DNA of 64,000 nt from a virus (Duplodnaviria; Caudoviricetes): positions 1 to 64,000 of the IMG/VR virus record IMGVR_UViG_3300026085_000098, one strand, 5' to 3'. The position numbers and the translations under genes were made by a program. Every line of letters begins with the position of its first letter. Positions within the stretch are counted from its first letter, which is position 1. Below are positions 16,732 through 26,678 of the stretch, in pieces. The notes below the pieces were generated by a model that was not told the DNA's origin, did no database searches, and saw only the letters and a program-made list of their open reading frames with translations.

Positions 16732-17232
16732 TTATAGTGGGTTTTTGCAAACCATTATTATCAGTGTGCGTCTTTGCTCTATACAATCAATAGCATCAAA
16801 GTCATGCCAAGTTTGCTCACCTCTAAAGAATGCTGTGCCACCGTTTTGTATATAAGGGTTTTGATGAGAAAACTCTGTTTTATTTTTATAGATTTTTGTA
16901 CCTGTGCCTGTGTCTGCTAAACCTAAAACAAAAGTAAAAATCTTTTTAGGATTGTCTGTATGTACTTTATTGTACTGCCAGTCTATATCAATATTATCAA
17001 ATTGTAATTCTAAGTAGTGTCTAGAAAAATCATACTTCAATATATCAGACAAATCTAGCATAGGTTCTTCTAGCAAATCATGCCATTTACCTTCCTTAAA
17101 AGGATGCATTGTACGTGAATCATAACGTGGTAAGTTTTTACTATATTCGTTAAACTCTTTAAACACATCTTGAGGAAGAAAATCATGTATTAGATATTGT
17201 TTCCAAGGGTGTTCTATTTTCTCAACTATCAT
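16732..17232 (-). CDS. 2OG-Fe(II) oxygenase-like protein
   Basis: VHTD...TWH...RR pattern. Confidence 0.7.
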   Translation of the reverse strand: MIVEKIEHPWKQYLIHDFLPQDVFKEFNEYSKNLPRYDSRTMHPFKEGKWHDLLEEPMLDLSDILKYDFSRHYLELQFDNIDIDWQYNKVHTDNPKKIFTFVLGLADTGTGTKIYKNKTEFSHQNPYIQNGGTAFFRGEQTWHDFDAIDCIEQRRTLIIMVCKNPL

Positions 17233-17768
17233 ACAAGAACACTTTCATCTCGCCATTGATCATTTACATAATTTACAATAACACTGATCCTATCATCTTG
17301 TAAAGGTTCTAGTTTGTGAGGTTCATTCCCTGTGTTTACAAAAAACCATCCACTACCTCTTTTGGCTCTTGTTTTTATATTGTTGAAAGTTGTGCTTGTT
17401 TCTTGGTAATCTAGATATAATTGCAATGAAAAAGTTTTGGCATCATCGTCACAATGATCTTCTAACCAACTACCTTTAAGATCTTTACAAAGTTCAATTC
17501 TCAATCTATCAGTTGTGTAATCTTTACCTACAGTTTCGCCAAACATTCTTCTTGTTTCGTACGAATCAAAAAACTCAATTAAGTCCCAAAAACAAGGATG
17601 TTCATAGTGATGCATCCAATGCCTAACATTTTTATCTGTTCGTTTACCATTCAATGATCCCCAGGAAAGCACTTCAGACTCGTTTATAATGCATCTTATA
17701 AGTTCATCGCTTATAAGTTTTTCAAACTGCCAAATTGTGTAACCTACATTAACTGTGTTTAATATCAA
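17229..17768 (-). CDS. 2OG-Fe(II) oxygenase-like protein
   Basis: DHCD...EPH...RIS pattern. Confidence 0.7.
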   Translation of the reverse strand: MILNTVNVGYTIWQFEKLISDELIRCIINESEVLSWGSLNGKRTDKNVRHWMHHYEHPCFWDLIEFFDSYETRRMFGETVGKDYTTDRLRIELCKDLKGSWLEDHCDDDAKTFSLQLYLDYQETSTTFNNIKTRAKRGSGWFFVNTGNEPHKLEPLQDDRISVIVNYVNDQWRDESVLV

Positions 17769-18495
17769 TTACCACTCTCCATTCTGTTCTAAATTTTTGG
17801 TATACCAATTGATTATCGACATAGACTCTGCCTTTAACAATCTTAAATTCTTTTGGAGGATTGTATAGTGTAGGATCGGCTAGTTCTTGCGGCCAATCTT
17901 CTATTACCTCTTGAATATAACAAAGTCTATCTTTTGTTACCTTTTGTATTCCCCGCGGACAATTTTCAGCAAGGTTATCATAACTTACATAGTTTAAATT
18001 TTTGATGCTAAATTCATGATCCTTAGGATCGCAAAATTTCATATGTGGAAAACGCTGCTGAATGTCTCCTTTGTAGTCTGTAAAAATAGCATACACAGGA
18101 TAAGGATATACTCTTTGAAAATATAATCTAGTGTTACCAGGATGACACGCAACTTTTTTGCCAAAGTAAACAACACACATTGGGTGTTTAATCCTTCCAC
18201 CTTCGGCAATATCTTTTCCTATCACTGAAATTGCGTTTGTTTTTTCAAGTAAGTCAGCATTTGCTCTAGGATGGTTAGACAGAAATTTTGGTCCACAACG
18301 TTTTGTCATATCACTTACCATTTCTTCTATGTCATCTGAAATGCCGCTGTATGGTTTATTTCTAACAAGCCCTACATCTTCAAGTGTGGATTTTGCTACA
18401 TAGGTTTTTGTGCCACAGAATCTATCAAAGTCTGCAAGTAGTTCTACTAGTTGGTCATATGATTTTAATTTTATGTGTTGATTTATAGGGCTCAT
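17749..18495 (-). CDS. Hypothetical protein
   Basis: Start placed at ATG 18495, 7 nt after a -10 box; HPGNTR motif, possibly ParB-like. Confidence 0.55.
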   Translation of the reverse strand: MSPINQHIKLKSYDQLVELLADFDRFCGTKTYVAKSTLEDVGLVRNKPYSGISDDIEEMVSDMTKRCGPKFLSNHPRANADLLEKTNAISVIGKDIAEGGRIKHPMCVVYFGKKVACHPGNTRLYFQRVYPYPVYAIFTDYKGDIQQRFPHMKFCDPKDHEFSIKNLNYVSYDNLAENCPRGIQKVTKDRLCYIQEVIEDWPQELADPTLYNPPKEFKIVKGRVYVDNQLVYQKFRTEWRVVIDIKHS

Positions 18496-18502
18496 ACTAA
18501 CT

Positions 18503-18565
18503 ATATTACTACGTAAGCAATTGATTGTCAAGAATTATTTTACTGATTGTCAAGAATTATTTTAC
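18503..18565 (-). promoter_or_regulatory. Sigma70 promoter with a perfect 22-bp tandem duplication of its -35 region
   Basis: TGATTGTCAAGAATTATTTTAC at 18522-18543 and 18544-18565; TTGACA(18531-18526)-N17-TAATAT(18508-18503). Confidence 0.75.
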
Positions 18566-18569
18566 GTGT

Positions 18570-18896
18570 TCATTCGACGTGACTCTGGACCGTTATGTCT
18601 AACACTTGCTGTAGACTCATTCCTTGGTATTGAGGATTTAATCTTACAACTGCTCCTGCTTCGTCATCTTGATCTCTTTTATGTAAACCAAAATAAATTG
18701 TTAAATCATCTTCGTCAATATCTTCTTGTCTTTTATTTGCTGCCCAAAGTGCTGACATTAAAAGTAACGATACTGTCAAAGGTTTATCTTCTATTTTTCG
18801 TTTGGTAATATACTCAATAGTGTTACGTCTAACTTGAGTATAATAGTTGGCTCTTGCTGCCAAATCGTTAAGGTATTTTACGTTTTCTCTATCCAT
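18570..18896 (-). CDS. Hypothetical protein
   Basis: 108-aa ORF coupled to the upstream gene. Confidence 0.55.
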   Translation of the reverse strand: MDRENVKYLNDLAARANYYTQVRRNTIEYITKRKIEDKPLTVSLLLMSALWAANKRQEDIDEDDLTIYFGLHKRDQDDEAGAVVRLNPQYQGMSLQQVLDITVQSHVE

Positions 18897-19167
18897 TTTT
18901 TACCAGCGGAGAATCAGGATGGAACCAGTACAGAAGACTACCGCCAGCTTCTAATTGTTTTAATAGATCATCAGTTCTATAGAATGTAGGAGTGTGTCCA
19001 TGCATGTGTACTTCCCAATTGTCACTACCGCCTTCGTTAAACACATAACCAGGCTTAGATCTTTTGAACTGGATAAATTTATAATCTAAAGTTTCCCCAT
19101 CATATTCTGTAGGGTGTACATTATACTCTGCTAATAAGTGCAATCTTAAATCTTCTACGGTATCCAT
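18889..19167 (-). CDS. Hypothetical protein
   Basis: AGGAG RBS and upstream TAAATA. Confidence 0.6.
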   Translation of the reverse strand: MDTVEDLRLHLLAEYNVHPTEYDGETLDYKFIQFKRSKPGYVFNEGGSDNWEVHMHGHTPTFYRTDDLLKQLEAGGSLLYWFHPDSPLVKNG

Positions 19168-19189
19168 TTATATCTCCTACATGTATTTA

Positions 19190-19369
19190 TTACATTTCCA
19201 TTTTCTTATCTTGGATTTGTTTACGTCTTTGAGGTATAAGAGCCTTTAATTCATTGAGTGCCTGTCGTGCTCTTACAGCACTAACCTTAACACCTTCTTG
19301 TTCAAATTTTTCTGATTCTCTAATATAGGTTGTGAATAGGGCTTTTAGTTCATCATGTAAGTCAGTCAT
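19190..19369 (-). CDS. 59-aa histone H1-like (Hc1-family-like) small protein (not in ORF track)
   Basis: MTDLHDELKALFTTYIRESEKFEQEGVKVSAVRARQALNELKALIPQRRKQIQDKKMEM; TAATG overlap with the PAAR stop. Confidence 0.55.
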   Translation of the reverse strand: MTDLHDELKALFTTYIRESEKFEQEGVKVSAVRARQALNELKALIPQRRKQIQDKKMEM

Positions 19370-19680
19370 TAATCACCAATTATTACTGTTGATTGAGTAG
19401 AAGAGTTTATTTTATTTGCATCACATGCATCATTTACTCTTGCTGCTAATGCTGCTTCAATGTATACACTACCACTACTTCCTGCTATTGAAGCAGTATG
19501 TGGAACACAGGTTATTCCTGAGGTAATTTCATGTGATACAGTATTATCGCCTAAACGACATGCTAGAATACCCTCAACATAAACAGTCGACTGGCCAGGA
19601 CTTGCTAGTGTAGTTGTACCATCACAACCGTGTCCTGTCAAAACACCATCACCTGCTCTTGCTGAAAGGTTATCTGCCAT
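19369..19680 (-). CDS. PAAR-domain tail spike tip protein (T4 gp5.4-like)
   Basis: ARAGD..TGHGC, TVYVEG..ACRLGD..VSH, GSGSVYIE..AARVND repeats. Confidence 0.85.
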   Translation of the reverse strand: MADNLSARAGDGVLTGHGCDGTTTLASPGQSTVYVEGILACRLGDNTVSHEITSGITCVPHTASIAGSSGSVYIEAALAARVNDACDANKINSSTQSTVIIGD

Positions 19681-19970
19681 TATACCATTTGTACTCCGGT
19701 TGTACTTGTAATATACTGCTTGGCCATTTCTGTGTCAGTTTTAGCAACAAACAGAATACTATGTTTATTTAACCTAATATCTGCACCTTGAGGTACAGTG
19801 AAAGCATATGGACCTAAGCCGATACCTTGTTGTGTTGCCATTAGAGCAAGTGGTTTTTGAATTGTAAGTGTTGTATCATTTTCTTCTACAAAACGACCTA
19901 CAATTTCATCACCACTAGTAATTTTTACAGTAATGGTGTCGTGTTTTTTATATGGTGCTTCAATTAACAT
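19680..19970 (-). CDS. Sm/LSm-fold protein
   Basis: ITVKITSGDEIVGRF...LTIQKP Sm1-like motif. Confidence 0.6.
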   Translation of the reverse strand: MLIEAPYKKHDTITVKITSGDEIVGRFVEENDTTLTIQKPLALMATQQGIGLGPYAFTVPQGADIRLNKHSILFVAKTDTEMAKQYITSTTGVQMV

Positions 19971-20221
19971 TATAATGTGTATCCTGTTCCGTTATAGCCT
20001 GTATCTTCGATATATTTTACAAATTGCTCGTAGCCTCCTACTTTAAGACCGTTTACAACAATCTGTGGAAATGTACGTGCTTCTGGAAACTCTGTTAGCA
20101 CTTCGTCTCTGTCAAAGTCTTTTCCCAGTTCTCTGTATTTAAATGGATAGTTATATTTCTCGCATAATGCTTTTGCTTTTGTGCATGACGGACATGCTGG
20201 TTTACCCCAAATGTATATCAT
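19970..20221 (-). CDS. grx: Glutaredoxin
   Basis: CPSC active site and RTFPQI..GGY motif. Confidence 0.92.
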   Translation of the reverse strand: MIYIWGKPACPSCTKAKALCEKYNYPFKYRELGKDFDRDEVLTEFPEARTFPQIVVNGLKVGGYEQFVKYIEDTGYNGTGYTL

Positions 20222-21345
20222 AGTGAAAATCCTTTGAATGTATCTTCTGTTACGTCTTGTTTTGTACCACCGTTGATGTAACTGGTGATTTCTGTTTCTT
20301 GTGGAGCCACTTGTACGTCTGCACCACTAATCCATTTTTGTGTCCAAGGTAACGGATTTGTTTTGATTGTGTAAGGTGACTTTAATGCAACGTTTGTCAT
20401 TCTGCGTGTGCAAATAAATTCAATGTAGTCACTTAGTAGTTGTGTGTTAAGTCCGATCATCGAACCATCTTTAAACAAATACTCTGCCCATGCTTTTTCT
20501 TGATCAACTGCATCTACAAACATCTGAACGCATTCTTGTTCTGTTTCTTCTGCAATTTTAGCAAAGTCAGGATCATCTTTCTTAAGAAGTTTTAGCAACA
20601 TCTGTGTTGATGCAAGATGTAGGTTTTCATCACGAGCAATTAGTTTGATAATCTTCGCATTACCTTCCATCTTCTTAAGTTCTGCAAACGCCCATGAGCA
20701 AGCAAACGAAACATAAAAACGGACGCCTTCCAAAATGTTGACACTCATTAAGGTAAGCCAAAGCAGTTTTTTCATTTCATACAAATCAACTTTTACTTTT
20801 TTACCATTGACAGTATGTGTGCCTTCACCTAGTAGATTGTAATAGCCTGACAGGTTAATCAATTGATCATAGTATTTTGAAATGTCACCTGCACAGTCTA
20901 CAATTTCTTCAATGTTCATTAGTTCATCAAAAATTTTACTCGGGTTGCTGTAAACATTGCGGATGATATGTGTATAAGAACGTGAGTGAATAGTTTCTGA
21001 AAACGTCCATGTCATAATCCAATTTTCTAATTCAGGCAAAGAAACGATAGAACCAAATGCTTCTGCTGGTGCACGACCTTGTACTGAATCTAATAGAATT
21101 TGACGTTTTAGGTTTGACGTAAAGATATGCTGTTCAAAGTCTGTTAAGCCTTTAAAGTCTTTTGCATCTTTATAGATATCAACTTCTTCCGGGCGCCAAA
21201 AGAAGCCCAGTTGTTTATCAGTCAATTGATCAAACTGTTTATATTTCAGTGTGTCATATCGCTGAATTGTCGGGCCGCCTGTAGGATCTAAAAATGCTAG
21301 AACCTGTGTATGGTCGGCACGGTTAGTTGTGTCAAAAACGCTCAT
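20218..21345 (-). CDS. nrdB: Ribonucleotide reductase class Ia beta subunit
   Basis: FFWRPEEVD, LLDSVQGR, ETIHSRSY, LEGVRFYVSFAC, RDENLH and VAPQETE motifs. Confidence 0.97.
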   Translation of the reverse strand: MSVFDTTNRADHTQVLAFLDPTGGPTIQRYDTLKYKQFDQLTDKQLGFFWRPEEVDIYKDAKDFKGLTDFEQHIFTSNLKRQILLDSVQGRAPAEAFGSIVSLPELENWIMTWTFSETIHSRSYTHIIRNVYSNPSKIFDELMNIEEIVDCAGDISKYYDQLINLSGYYNLLGEGTHTVNGKKVKVDLYEMKKLLWLTLMSVNILEGVRFYVSFACSWAFAELKKMEGNAKIIKLIARDENLHLASTQMLLKLLKKDDPDFAKIAEETEQECVQMFVDAVDQEKAWAEYLFKDGSMIGLNTQLLSDYIEFICTRRMTNVALKSPYTIKTNPLPWTQKWISGADVQVAPQETEITSYINGGTKQDVTEDTFKGFSL

Positions 21346-21366
21346 GTGTGTCTATCCTTTTTTATT

Positions 21367-21394
21367 ATTATAATGATTTTAGGCTATTTGTCAA
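21367..21394 (-). promoter_or_regulatory. Sigma70-type promoter for nrdB-grx
   Basis: TTGACA-N16-TATAAT. Confidence 0.7.
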
Positions 21395-21395
21395 C

Positions 21396-22037
21396 CTATA
21401 CTTTAATTATCTCTAAAGGTTTGGATTGTTTCAGGAGAGAGTAAAATTTTTTCTTATGAACTGGGTGTTGCCTTGGATTTAATCTTTTATTGGGATGTCC
21501 TATCCCAATTGCCATCATAGGATCGAATTTTTTATTAGTATATCCATATAATAAATCTGCTAATGCATTTTGATCTAAACATATACAGTTACCTGTTCTT
21601 AGACCAATTCTATTTGCTTCAAAGTTTATAATACCTGTAATTGTTCCTATAGCGATGTTTTTGAATTGTTCATATTCTTCTTCATCATCCCAATACTTGT
21701 GCATATCTGTAGGAGTATTTTGGCATAGGATTGCAACACATGGAGCATCTACTTGAGGATTACCTAAAAATACTGCTTTGGGATCAGTTTGTTCTTTAAA
21801 AAACTCATTATACTCTCTTACATGTCTTTGTTCATCAGGGTGACCTGATAGGCTATAAATATTTTTTATTAAATCTTTATTTTTAGTAAAGATCACTTTT
21901 ACAAAATTATAGCCATCTTTCATGTTTGCCCATTTTATACACTCTGCAAGATAATCTATAAGATGATCTGAAACTTCAGCATCATCGAAATTACGATGAC
22001 AGATTTTCATATGTCTAATGTTTTCTAAATCACGCAT
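21396..22037 (-). CDS. Nitroreductase-fold protein
   Basis: RHMKICHRNF, IAIG...ANRIGLRTGNCICLD and MAIGIGHP motifs. Confidence 0.6.
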   Translation of the reverse strand: MRDLENIRHMKICHRNFDDAEVSDHLIDYLAECIKWANMKDGYNFVKVIFTKNKDLIKNIYSLSGHPDEQRHVREYNEFFKEQTDPKAVFLGNPQVDAPCVAILCQNTPTDMHKYWDDEEEYEQFKNIAIGTITGIINFEANRIGLRTGNCICLDQNALADLLYGYTNKKFDPMMAIGIGHPNKRLNPRQHPVHKKKFYSLLKQSKPLEIIKV

Positions 22038-24340
22038 GTCTCACAGTACTCGTCTTCTTCAACTAAAGTATAACCATTTGCATCTGGCTCTTCTTGTTCC
22101 ACAACAAGTTTTGAAATATCTAACTCTCCCTGCCCATCGTTTGTATTAAAGTAGTAGAGTTGTTTGCCTCCATACTTGTAAAACATAAGCAGGTGTTGTA
22201 ACATTGTTGACATTGGAATCTTTTCATCATCGTAGAACACAGGGTTATAACTTGTGTTCACTGAAATACCTTGATCGATATATTTTTGTAGCACCGCCAT
22301 AATTTTCAAATAACCTTCTGGCGATTGTTGGTCCCATAACAAATCATATTTGTTCTTAAGACGCTTGAATTCTGGAACTACTTGTTTCAGTACACCATGC
22401 TTTGATTGCTTTACACTGATATATGCTCTTGGTGGTTCGATACCGTTTGTAGCGTTTGCAATCTGCGCACTTGTTTCACTCGGCATTAGAGCCATTAGTG
22501 TTGAGTTACGAATGCCTGTTTCTTTGAGTTGCTTGCGCAATCCTTTCCAGTCCATGCGTTCTTTGTGTTTCACAAGATCGTCTACATCTTTTTTGTATGT
22601 TTGATTAGGTGTAATACCTTGTCCATATTTTGTTTCTGGTGTGCCAGGACATGCACCTTGCTCTGCTGCAATATCAGCACTTGCTTTGATTAGATAGTAA
22701 CTCCATGCTTCAGCATATTCATCGATTAGTTCTAAACCAGCACTATTGATATTTTGATAATTAAGACCATGTTTTGCAAGCCAGTATGCAAAGTTAATAA
22801 TACCAACACCTAGCGGGCGGCGCTTTTCTGTTGAAAGTTGTGCAGCAAGAATTGGATAGTTTTGATAGCTTAGTAGTGCGTCTAAACCACGTACTGCCAG
22901 TGTACATGCTTTTTCAAAATCTTCTGGTGTACGCACATTGCCCCAGTTGATTGCTGAAAGTGTACATAGTGAAATTTCACCCTCTGGATCATTCAAGTCA
23001 TTTAGTGGCTTTGTTGGTAAGTTAATTTCTGCACATAAGTTTGACTGTCTAATAGGCGCAACTTCTGGTAGAAATGAGCCGTGGTCGTTTGCATTGTCTA
23101 CATTCTGTAAATAGATACGTCCAGTACTTTTGCGCTCCTCCATAAACGATGCAAAAAGTGTAGCAGCAGGAATAGTTTTCTTACGTAGTCTAGTGTTTCT
23201 TTCTGCGTTTTCGTATAACTCTCTAAACTTATCTTGGTCGGCAAAGAAAGCATCATACAAACCAGGAACATCACTTGGTGAAAATAATGTAATGTTACCA
23301 CCAGTAATTAGTCTTTCGTACATTAACTTGTTGAACTGTACACCGTAGTCCATATGACGAACACGATTTTCTTCTGTGCCTTTATTGTTCTTTAGCACAA
23401 GAAGTTCTTCTGCTTCTAGGTGCCAAATTGGATAGTAGATAGTTGCTGCGCCGCCGCGCACTCCACCTTGGCTACATGACTTAGTTGCGGCTTGAAACAT
23501 TTTATAGAAAGGAATAACACCTGTGTGATATGCATCTCCTTTGCGTATCGGTGAACCAATAGCACGAATACTTCCGCCACCGATACCAATGCCTGCTTTT
23601 TGACTTACATATTTTACTATAGATGAACTAGTAGCGTTAATGCTGTCAAGGCTATCATCAGTTTCAATAAGTACGCAACTACTAAACTGTCTTTGCGGTG
23701 TACGTACACCCGCCATAACAGGAGTAGGCAAACTTATGTCGTGTAAACTAATCGCATCATAATAATCTTTCACCCATTTCAATCTTGTTTCTTTTGGATA
23801 GTTTGCAAATAAACTTGCTGCAATAAGAATATAGCACATTTGTGGTGTTTCAAAGATCTCACCAGTTACTCTATTTTGGCAAAGATACTTACCACGCAAC
23901 TGCTCCATTGCAACATAGGTCAGGTTTTCATCACGCTCGTGTTTTACAAAGCCTTCGATTTTATCCCATTCTTCGTCGTTGTATGTTCCGAGCAATTCTG
24001 GATCATAAAACCCTGCTTCTGTATTACGTTCTACTAATTCACGGACTGTGCATGGAGTATATCCGCCATAAACTTCTTTACGTAAATGATAATTGATAAG
24101 TCTACCGCCAACATACTGATAGTTAGGTGTTTCTTCTGTGATTAAATCTGCTGCGGCTTTAATCAATGTTTCTTGAATTTCGCTGGATTTCATTCCATTA
24201 AAAAATTGGATTTGACTTTTGATTTCTACCTCGCTTGGACTAACACCAGTTGTGTCTTTACATGCATTAAAAACAACCTTATGTAGTTTTTCAATGTCTA
24301 GTGGTTCTTTTCGTCCATCTCGCTTGGTAACTTGAATCAT
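22025..24340 (-). CDS. nrdA: Ribonucleotide reductase class Ia alpha subunit with ATP-cone
   Basis: VTKRDG ATP-cone, TPVMAG, FSSCVL, QSNLCAEI, LMPSETS, KQLYY and C-terminal CxxC; start moved to ATG 24340. Confidence 0.97.
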   Translation of the reverse strand: MIQVTKRDGRKEPLDIEKLHKVVFNACKDTTGVSPSEVEIKSQIQFFNGMKSSEIQETLIKAAADLITEETPNYQYVGGRLINYHLRKEVYGGYTPCTVRELVERNTEAGFYDPELLGTYNDEEWDKIEGFVKHERDENLTYVAMEQLRGKYLCQNRVTGEIFETPQMCYILIAASLFANYPKETRLKWVKDYYDAISLHDISLPTPVMAGVRTPQRQFSSCVLIETDDSLDSINATSSSIVKYVSQKAGIGIGGGSIRAIGSPIRKGDAYHTGVIPFYKMFQAATKSCSQGGVRGGAATIYYPIWHLEAEELLVLKNNKGTEENRVRHMDYGVQFNKLMYERLITGGNITLFSPSDVPGLYDAFFADQDKFRELYENAERNTRLRKKTIPAATLFASFMEERKSTGRIYLQNVDNANDHGSFLPEVAPIRQSNLCAEINLPTKPLNDLNDPEGEISLCTLSAINWGNVRTPEDFEKACTLAVRGLDALLSYQNYPILAAQLSTEKRRPLGVGIINFAYWLAKHGLNYQNINSAGLELIDEYAEAWSYYLIKASADIAAEQGACPGTPETKYGQGITPNQTYKKDVDDLVKHKERMDWKGLRKQLKETGIRNSTLMALMPSETSAQIANATNGIEPPRAYISVKQSKHGVLKQVVPEFKRLKNKYDLLWDQQSPEGYLKIMAVLQKYIDQGISVNTSYNPVFYDDEKIPMSTMLQHLLMFYKYGGKQLYYFNTNDGQGELDISKLVVEQEEPDANGYTLVEEDEYCETCVI

Positions 24341-24392
24341 TATCTTTTCCTTTTTAATAAAATGAGGCACCTACAACGCTGGTAGATGCCAA

Positions 24393-24818
24393 TTAACGTA
24401 ACTTTAATAATTGGTATTTATTATCTACAACAAGGTGGTCAGGTAAACTAGATGCTTTTACTGCTTTGCTTCTGTCAAAGCCAATTACAGCGTTATCTAC
24501 ACAAAGCAGGTGCATTAGTTCTGATTTCTCCCTATCAATGCATGTATGTATCTCGAATTGCTTCTGGGAAAAACGTTCGGTTAATTGAAGCGTATATGCT
24601 TTTCCTAGAATTGTTGCAAACTCGCAATACGAATTTTCGTAAATCAGTGTCCAAGGATCTGGCCACGTTTGTTCATCATATGGATCAATGTGTATACTGA
24701 CTAAAGGTGCAGTATTATATAAATTTATTACATCTTGGATAGGATCCTTTGCAGTCTCCAAGCCTTCTCGAAATAATTTCCAAGCACGGAGTCTATCCTC
24801 ATATTTTAAATCAAACAT
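24393..24818 (-). CDS. Conserved hypothetical phage protein
   Basis: RLRAW..FR...WPDPWTLI..N.YC motif. Confidence 0.6.
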   Translation of the reverse strand: MFDLKYEDRLRAWKLFREGLETAKDPIQDVINLYNTAPLVSIHIDPYDEQTWPDPWTLIYENSYCEFATILGKAYTLQLTERFSQKQFEIHTCIDREKSELMHLLCVDNAVIGFDRSKAVKASSLPDHLVVDNKYQLLKLR

Positions 24819-26446
24819 TAAGACCTATAGTTTACTGTGTATACAAAATTATCGTTCGCTACTGGGATTGTGTTTTTTAATGTAATATGGATAGTGTCAT
24901 CTGTGCCATCGCTGTTGTTATCAACAACAGATGCTGCCCATGTAAATGCTGTGTTATATAAAGCTGGCCCTGTATGTGTATATACATCGCTCAACTGTGG
25001 TGTTACTAAACTTGCGTTATTAACAATCGAAAGTGTGCCTTCTCTTTGAATACCTTGTCCAGTTTCTGTATATAGATATTCAATTTCAATGACACCGTTT
25101 TCAATCAAAGGAACTTTTATCATTTCTTTAGCAGTGGTTTGTTGTCCAATTTCAAATTGGTTAGTAAATTTTCCTACTACTTTGGTTTGACCATCTACTT
25201 CTGGATAGTAAACAGAATCAATAAAGAAGAAACCACCATCCGGGTTGTTAGGAAGTAACTTACCTGTTCTATCAAAGAAGTCTGTTTCACTTAGATTTGT
25301 GTTGCTCGAAAGTGCAATAACTGGACTTACTGTGCCGTCTGTTGTATCACCAAGATTTGTACCTACTTCAAAAAACTTATTATCTCTAGATACGTTGTAT
25401 TCTCCGTGTACAATTTTTATACCTTCACGCTTTATCTGATCAAATTTACAATTTGATATAGTGCTAAACCGTGGACCATAGTTACTACCAGGAGTACCTA
25501 AACTCATAGCCTCACCAAATGCCATTGCAACATCTCCATATGTAAATTCACAATCTTTCCATGTATTATCTCTAATATCATGATCACTATACACGTGATA
25601 TTCAAAACTGTCAATCATTATATTGTCAAACACATTACCGATACATGTAACTGAATCACTATCTGAGTTCATTTCGATTGCTTTTTGATTTCCTGTTGCT
25701 GATACTTTCCACTTACCTGTCATTTTAAGATTTTTGAATTCGCCAAATGCACAGTTGTTTAGGAATAGTATTCTTCCTGTTTCACCTTGATGTTCTAGAT
25801 ACATATCACTTATACCAATAAATCTACACTGTTGTGGATTTATAGCATTGTAAGGCTCTGGACTATCTACTGGAATAACACCATTACCTGCATAATTACT
25901 GCTGACTGTTTGAAACATAGGAGTGTTTGCCGCAGTCATTGTAATCTTCGTATTTTCAACACCTGCACCAATTAATTGTACAAACGGTGGAATCGGAATT
26001 GTTGCGTTGATAAAATAATTGCCTGCAGGAAAATATAATTTATATCTTAATGCACGATCTGTAAGTCCGTTTAAAAACAAAGAATCTATTGCTTGAATTA
26101 ATTTTGTTGTAACATTTGTTCCATCTCCGATTACACCAAAGTCTGCAACAGAAACAAAATCATCTAATTTATCTTGTAAACTTCTTTTGTAAGGAGCACT
26201 CGTTCCCCAAATAGAACTAGTTTTTTTAAAACTATAAGAATCAGTAAAGTCAAATATATCATCATTTGCAGTTAGGATTTGTGTATTACCTACTGCCGGC
26301 GCACCTTCTGATACTGCGCCGTTACCAATGTATAATTTTTGTGTGTCAATTGCCCAACCAATTTCACCTGATGCGAGTTGTGGGATACCTGTTGTACCTT
26401 CACGCCCTCTACGTTGTTGAATTCTAGAAATTTGAATTACAGCCAC
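24818..26446 (-). CDS. Virion structural protein (Mtd-N-like N-terminus, pectate-lyase-like beta-helix)
   Basis: GTG start; IQQRRG..PQLASGEIGWAIDTQKLYIGNG; SVADFGVIGDG..LYFPAGNY. Confidence 0.7.
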   Translation of the reverse strand: MAVIQISRIQQRRGREGTTGIPQLASGEIGWAIDTQKLYIGNGAVSEGAPAVGNTQILTANDDIFDFTDSYSFKKTSSIWGTSAPYKRSLQDKLDDFVSVADFGVIGDGTNVTTKLIQAIDSLFLNGLTDRALRYKLYFPAGNYFINATIPIPPFVQLIGAGVENTKITMTAANTPMFQTVSSNYAGNGVIPVDSPEPYNAINPQQCRFIGISDMYLEHQGETGRILFLNNCAFGEFKNLKMTGKWKVSATGNQKAIEMNSDSDSVTCIGNVFDNIMIDSFEYHVYSDHDIRDNTWKDCEFTYGDVAMAFGEAMSLGTPGSNYGPRFSTISNCKFDQIKREGIKIVHGEYNVSRDNKFFEVGTNLGDTTDGTVSPVIALSSNTNLSETDFFDRTGKLLPNNPDGGFFFIDSVYYPEVDGQTKVVGKFTNQFEIGQQTTAKEMIKVPLIENGVIEIEYLYTETGQGIQREGTLSIVNNASLVTPQLSDVYTHTGPALYNTAFTWAASVVDNNSDGTDDTIHITLKNTIPVANDNFVYTVNYRS

Positions 26447-26477
26447 TCGTCTTACTCCTTGCTAAATGTATTTAGCC

Positions 26478-26657
26478 TTATACCTTGACGAAGTAAGTCT
26501 GAGGATACCAATCATTCTCAGTTCCAGTTGGGGTTGTTACAGCAACAAAACACTTACCCGTGTCGCCGTCATTACGAACTTCTAAAATTGTTCCTTTATA
26601 AGTCGAATATGGTCCTTCAACAAATTCTACATTATCACCGACTCTGTAATTTTCCAT
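26478..26657 (-). CDS. 59-aa stand-alone KOW-domain protein resembling the NusG C-terminal domain (not in ORF track)
   Basis: MENYRVGDNVEFVEGPYSTYKGTILEVRNDGDTGKCFVAVTTPTGTENDWYPQTYFVKV; AGGAG RBS. Confidence 0.75.
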   Translation of the reverse strand: MENYRVGDNVEFVEGPYSTYKGTILEVRNDGDTGKCFVAVTTPTGTENDWYPQTYFVKV

Positions 26658-26678
26658 GATTTTCTCCTTGTATCGTAT

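Noticed and set aside
20218-24340. Intron or intein in nrdA/nrdB
   Set aside because: Both frames are continuous, of normal length and keep normal motif order; no homing endonuclease or intein motifs.
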